Of a DNA stretch of 64,000 nucleotides, positions 62,097 through 64,000 are shown one piece after another. A model generated the notes under the pieces. The model made no database searches, was not told where the DNA came from, and saw only the letters and a program-made list of their open reading frames with translations. The translations under genes were made by a program, and so were the position numbers. How positions within the stretch are numbered: the first letter of the stretch is position 1; each line of letters starts with the position of its first letter. The stretch comes from Mytilus edulis (Eukaryota): contig NC_092350.1 in assembly GCF_963676685.1 (NCBI RefSeq), positions 61,442,001 to 61,506,000 on the forward strand. Direction: 5' to 3'.

Positions 62097-62537
62097 CAGG
62101 GCCGTAACTACCTATGAGGCAGCCTGAATTTTCTACACCAAAATCTTTTTTGGAAGTAATAAAATAAAATATTGACAATATGTACACGGAGAACTTTAGT
62201 TTATATTATAAACAACACAAGTTTACAGTTTAAACAGTGTTATCATGATACGTGATATGTCTGTCATTTTTCGGATTTTTGATCGAAAGTGAACTGTTTT
62301 AGTATTTGTTTTTTGGGTTTTTTTTCGTGTGGCCGTCCGTCTGTTATTCAGTATTGAGGGGGGTCAGTATTCGTACGAGAACACATATGAAACGTTGCTT
62401 TCGATAATTTTGAATAAAAACTGTTCACATTTACTTGGGGGCTCAATTATGCAGCCCCAACCCCCTATCTTGGGGACCTCAATCGGTGGCCCACAAACCC
62501 CTGCCTCCCCTGAATTCGAACACTAGTTACGGCCCTG
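62097..62537. mobile_element. Non-autonomous element with perfect 14-bp TIR and 5-bp TSD (AGGAT)
   Basis: CAGGGCCGTAACTA / TAGTTACGGCCCTG. Confidence 0.9.
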
Positions 62538-62829
62538 AGGATGTTTGGTAAACGATAAAATGAGAAAGCAACACAATAAACAAACCTACTTGCATTACAG
62601 CTAATTTCGTAAAGCATGTAAATCAAAACTTTGGTTAGCTTGCTTGCTTTGTTTGTGTATTGTACAAACCAAAAAATGCGAAAATGTACAATGTCGTCAT
62701 AATACATGTTAATATAGTATGGTTAGAAACATTATGTTATTGACAATTTGTTGTTCTCTTTATAACTATCTATAAGAAGTACTTGCTTTTGGAATAAAGT
62801 ATTTTGATTTTAAAAATATTTTATTCATT

Positions 62830-63192
62830 AAGATATGATAACATTAGATGTATGTTTCATTATAATATTTTATTCTGATTGGCTAACTGCACATCACGTG
62901 TTATTCCTTAAGCAATTGCATTACTCAATAAAACCTACCATTCATGATAATACGTGGTCCCACAATAAAGTGCACAGGTGAATTAAATAAAAAAAATATT
63001 GTTTTCATGATCATAGCTAAAAAAAATGTAATTATAAGTATTGAATGCTTCTTTTTGTAACTTCATAGGGTTGTAAAAGCGTTGCCTGTGCGCACATTTT
63101 TAGAATGAAGCGCTTCCGCGCTTCATACAAAATGTACTTCGGTCAACGCTTTTACACCCAATGAAGTTACAAAAAGAAGCATTCAATTCTTA
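62830..63192. mobile_element. Non-autonomous element ending in a ~158-bp palindrome (63035-63192), possibly Crypton-like
   Basis: ~77-bp inverted arms around a TTCC loop with an ATTCTGATTGGCT head upstream; family call is tentative. Confidence 0.6.
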
Positions 63193-64000
63193 AATGAAAA
63201 GGATTGAGCATCAGGCACAGTCTATAAAAGCTCTCTTCATATTACATGTACAAGGTATAATTCAATTTTTAACAACTGTATTTACAAAAATATAATTTAG
63301 TGGAACATGCATGCTACTTATGAGCACACACGAGCAAATATGTCTACAGTGTTACTTACTAAATGTAAAGTATATTTTAAAGTTGGCAATTGCTCATCAT
63401 TTATTCAAGTACCTTGAAACATTCAAATATCGTTACAAGTCGTTAAAATATATATATATGGCTTGGAAGAGACACTTAGCTGGCATAGTGGAATAAATGA
63501 ATTGATGAAAGTATAATCATTATACATTACAGAGGCAATTGGCTGTTGGCAGTGTGGTGTCTTTTTTAGAGGTATAAGAGACGAGTGTAATCTAGCCGAC
63601 AGACAATATTTCAACTGTACTGCTTGCCTCAAGACATATACCAAAACACATCTTCATGATTCTTGGAATAAATTTCGATGTAAGTAGCTTATATTTGATC
63701 CAGTTAATTGTCATAAATGATATAGATAATAAATAAAAAGGTATGTATATGTTACAGTAAATAGGTGAAATTAGGAATTACACGTAATTACTAAACATTT
63801 CAGTAAATACCTGTAATTACTAGCCAATTTAGTATTTACATGTATTTACTAGTTGTTTCAGTGATTACTGGTATTCACTGATTTTTTTTGTCATTTTTAC
63901 AGCTATTTACTAACTTGATATTTTTGTTTAAAAATTAAAGATAAAATTAAAGATACCAAATAATAAAGTAAAAGGTTAGGTATTTTAGTGCTTACTTAAT

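Overview
AT-rich, repeat-dense eukaryotic genomic DNA, most likely from a bivalve; the gene family and repeats resemble Mytilus, but this is inferred and not database-checked. The window holds a + strand tandem cluster of RING-less TRIM-like genes (B-box, B-box, coiled coil, NHL-type beta-propeller). There are three intact single-coding-exon copies (ATG 17503, 28690, 36346) and one truncated copy that has lost its ATG (1242-1781). Each has a conserved short 5' exon, starting at a TCAGT initiator-like motif in the intact copies. A second gene of unknown function can be assembled from three coding exons (45324-48880, 738 aa) and has a disabled paralogue (5716-8952). The two sit in a ~10 kb segmental duplication, each copy downstream of the same TRIM subtype. 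Intergenic DNA is full of non-autonomous elements: hAT, Harbinger and 5-bp-TSD MITEs, foldback elements, SINE-like families, a 5'-truncated L1/Tx1 LINE in a three-layer nest, and minisatellites. There are also four relics of a retrozyme-like repeat, one of which keeps a complete type I hammerhead ribozyme core (32484-32530, minus strand). Most short ORFs in the supplied track are spurious.
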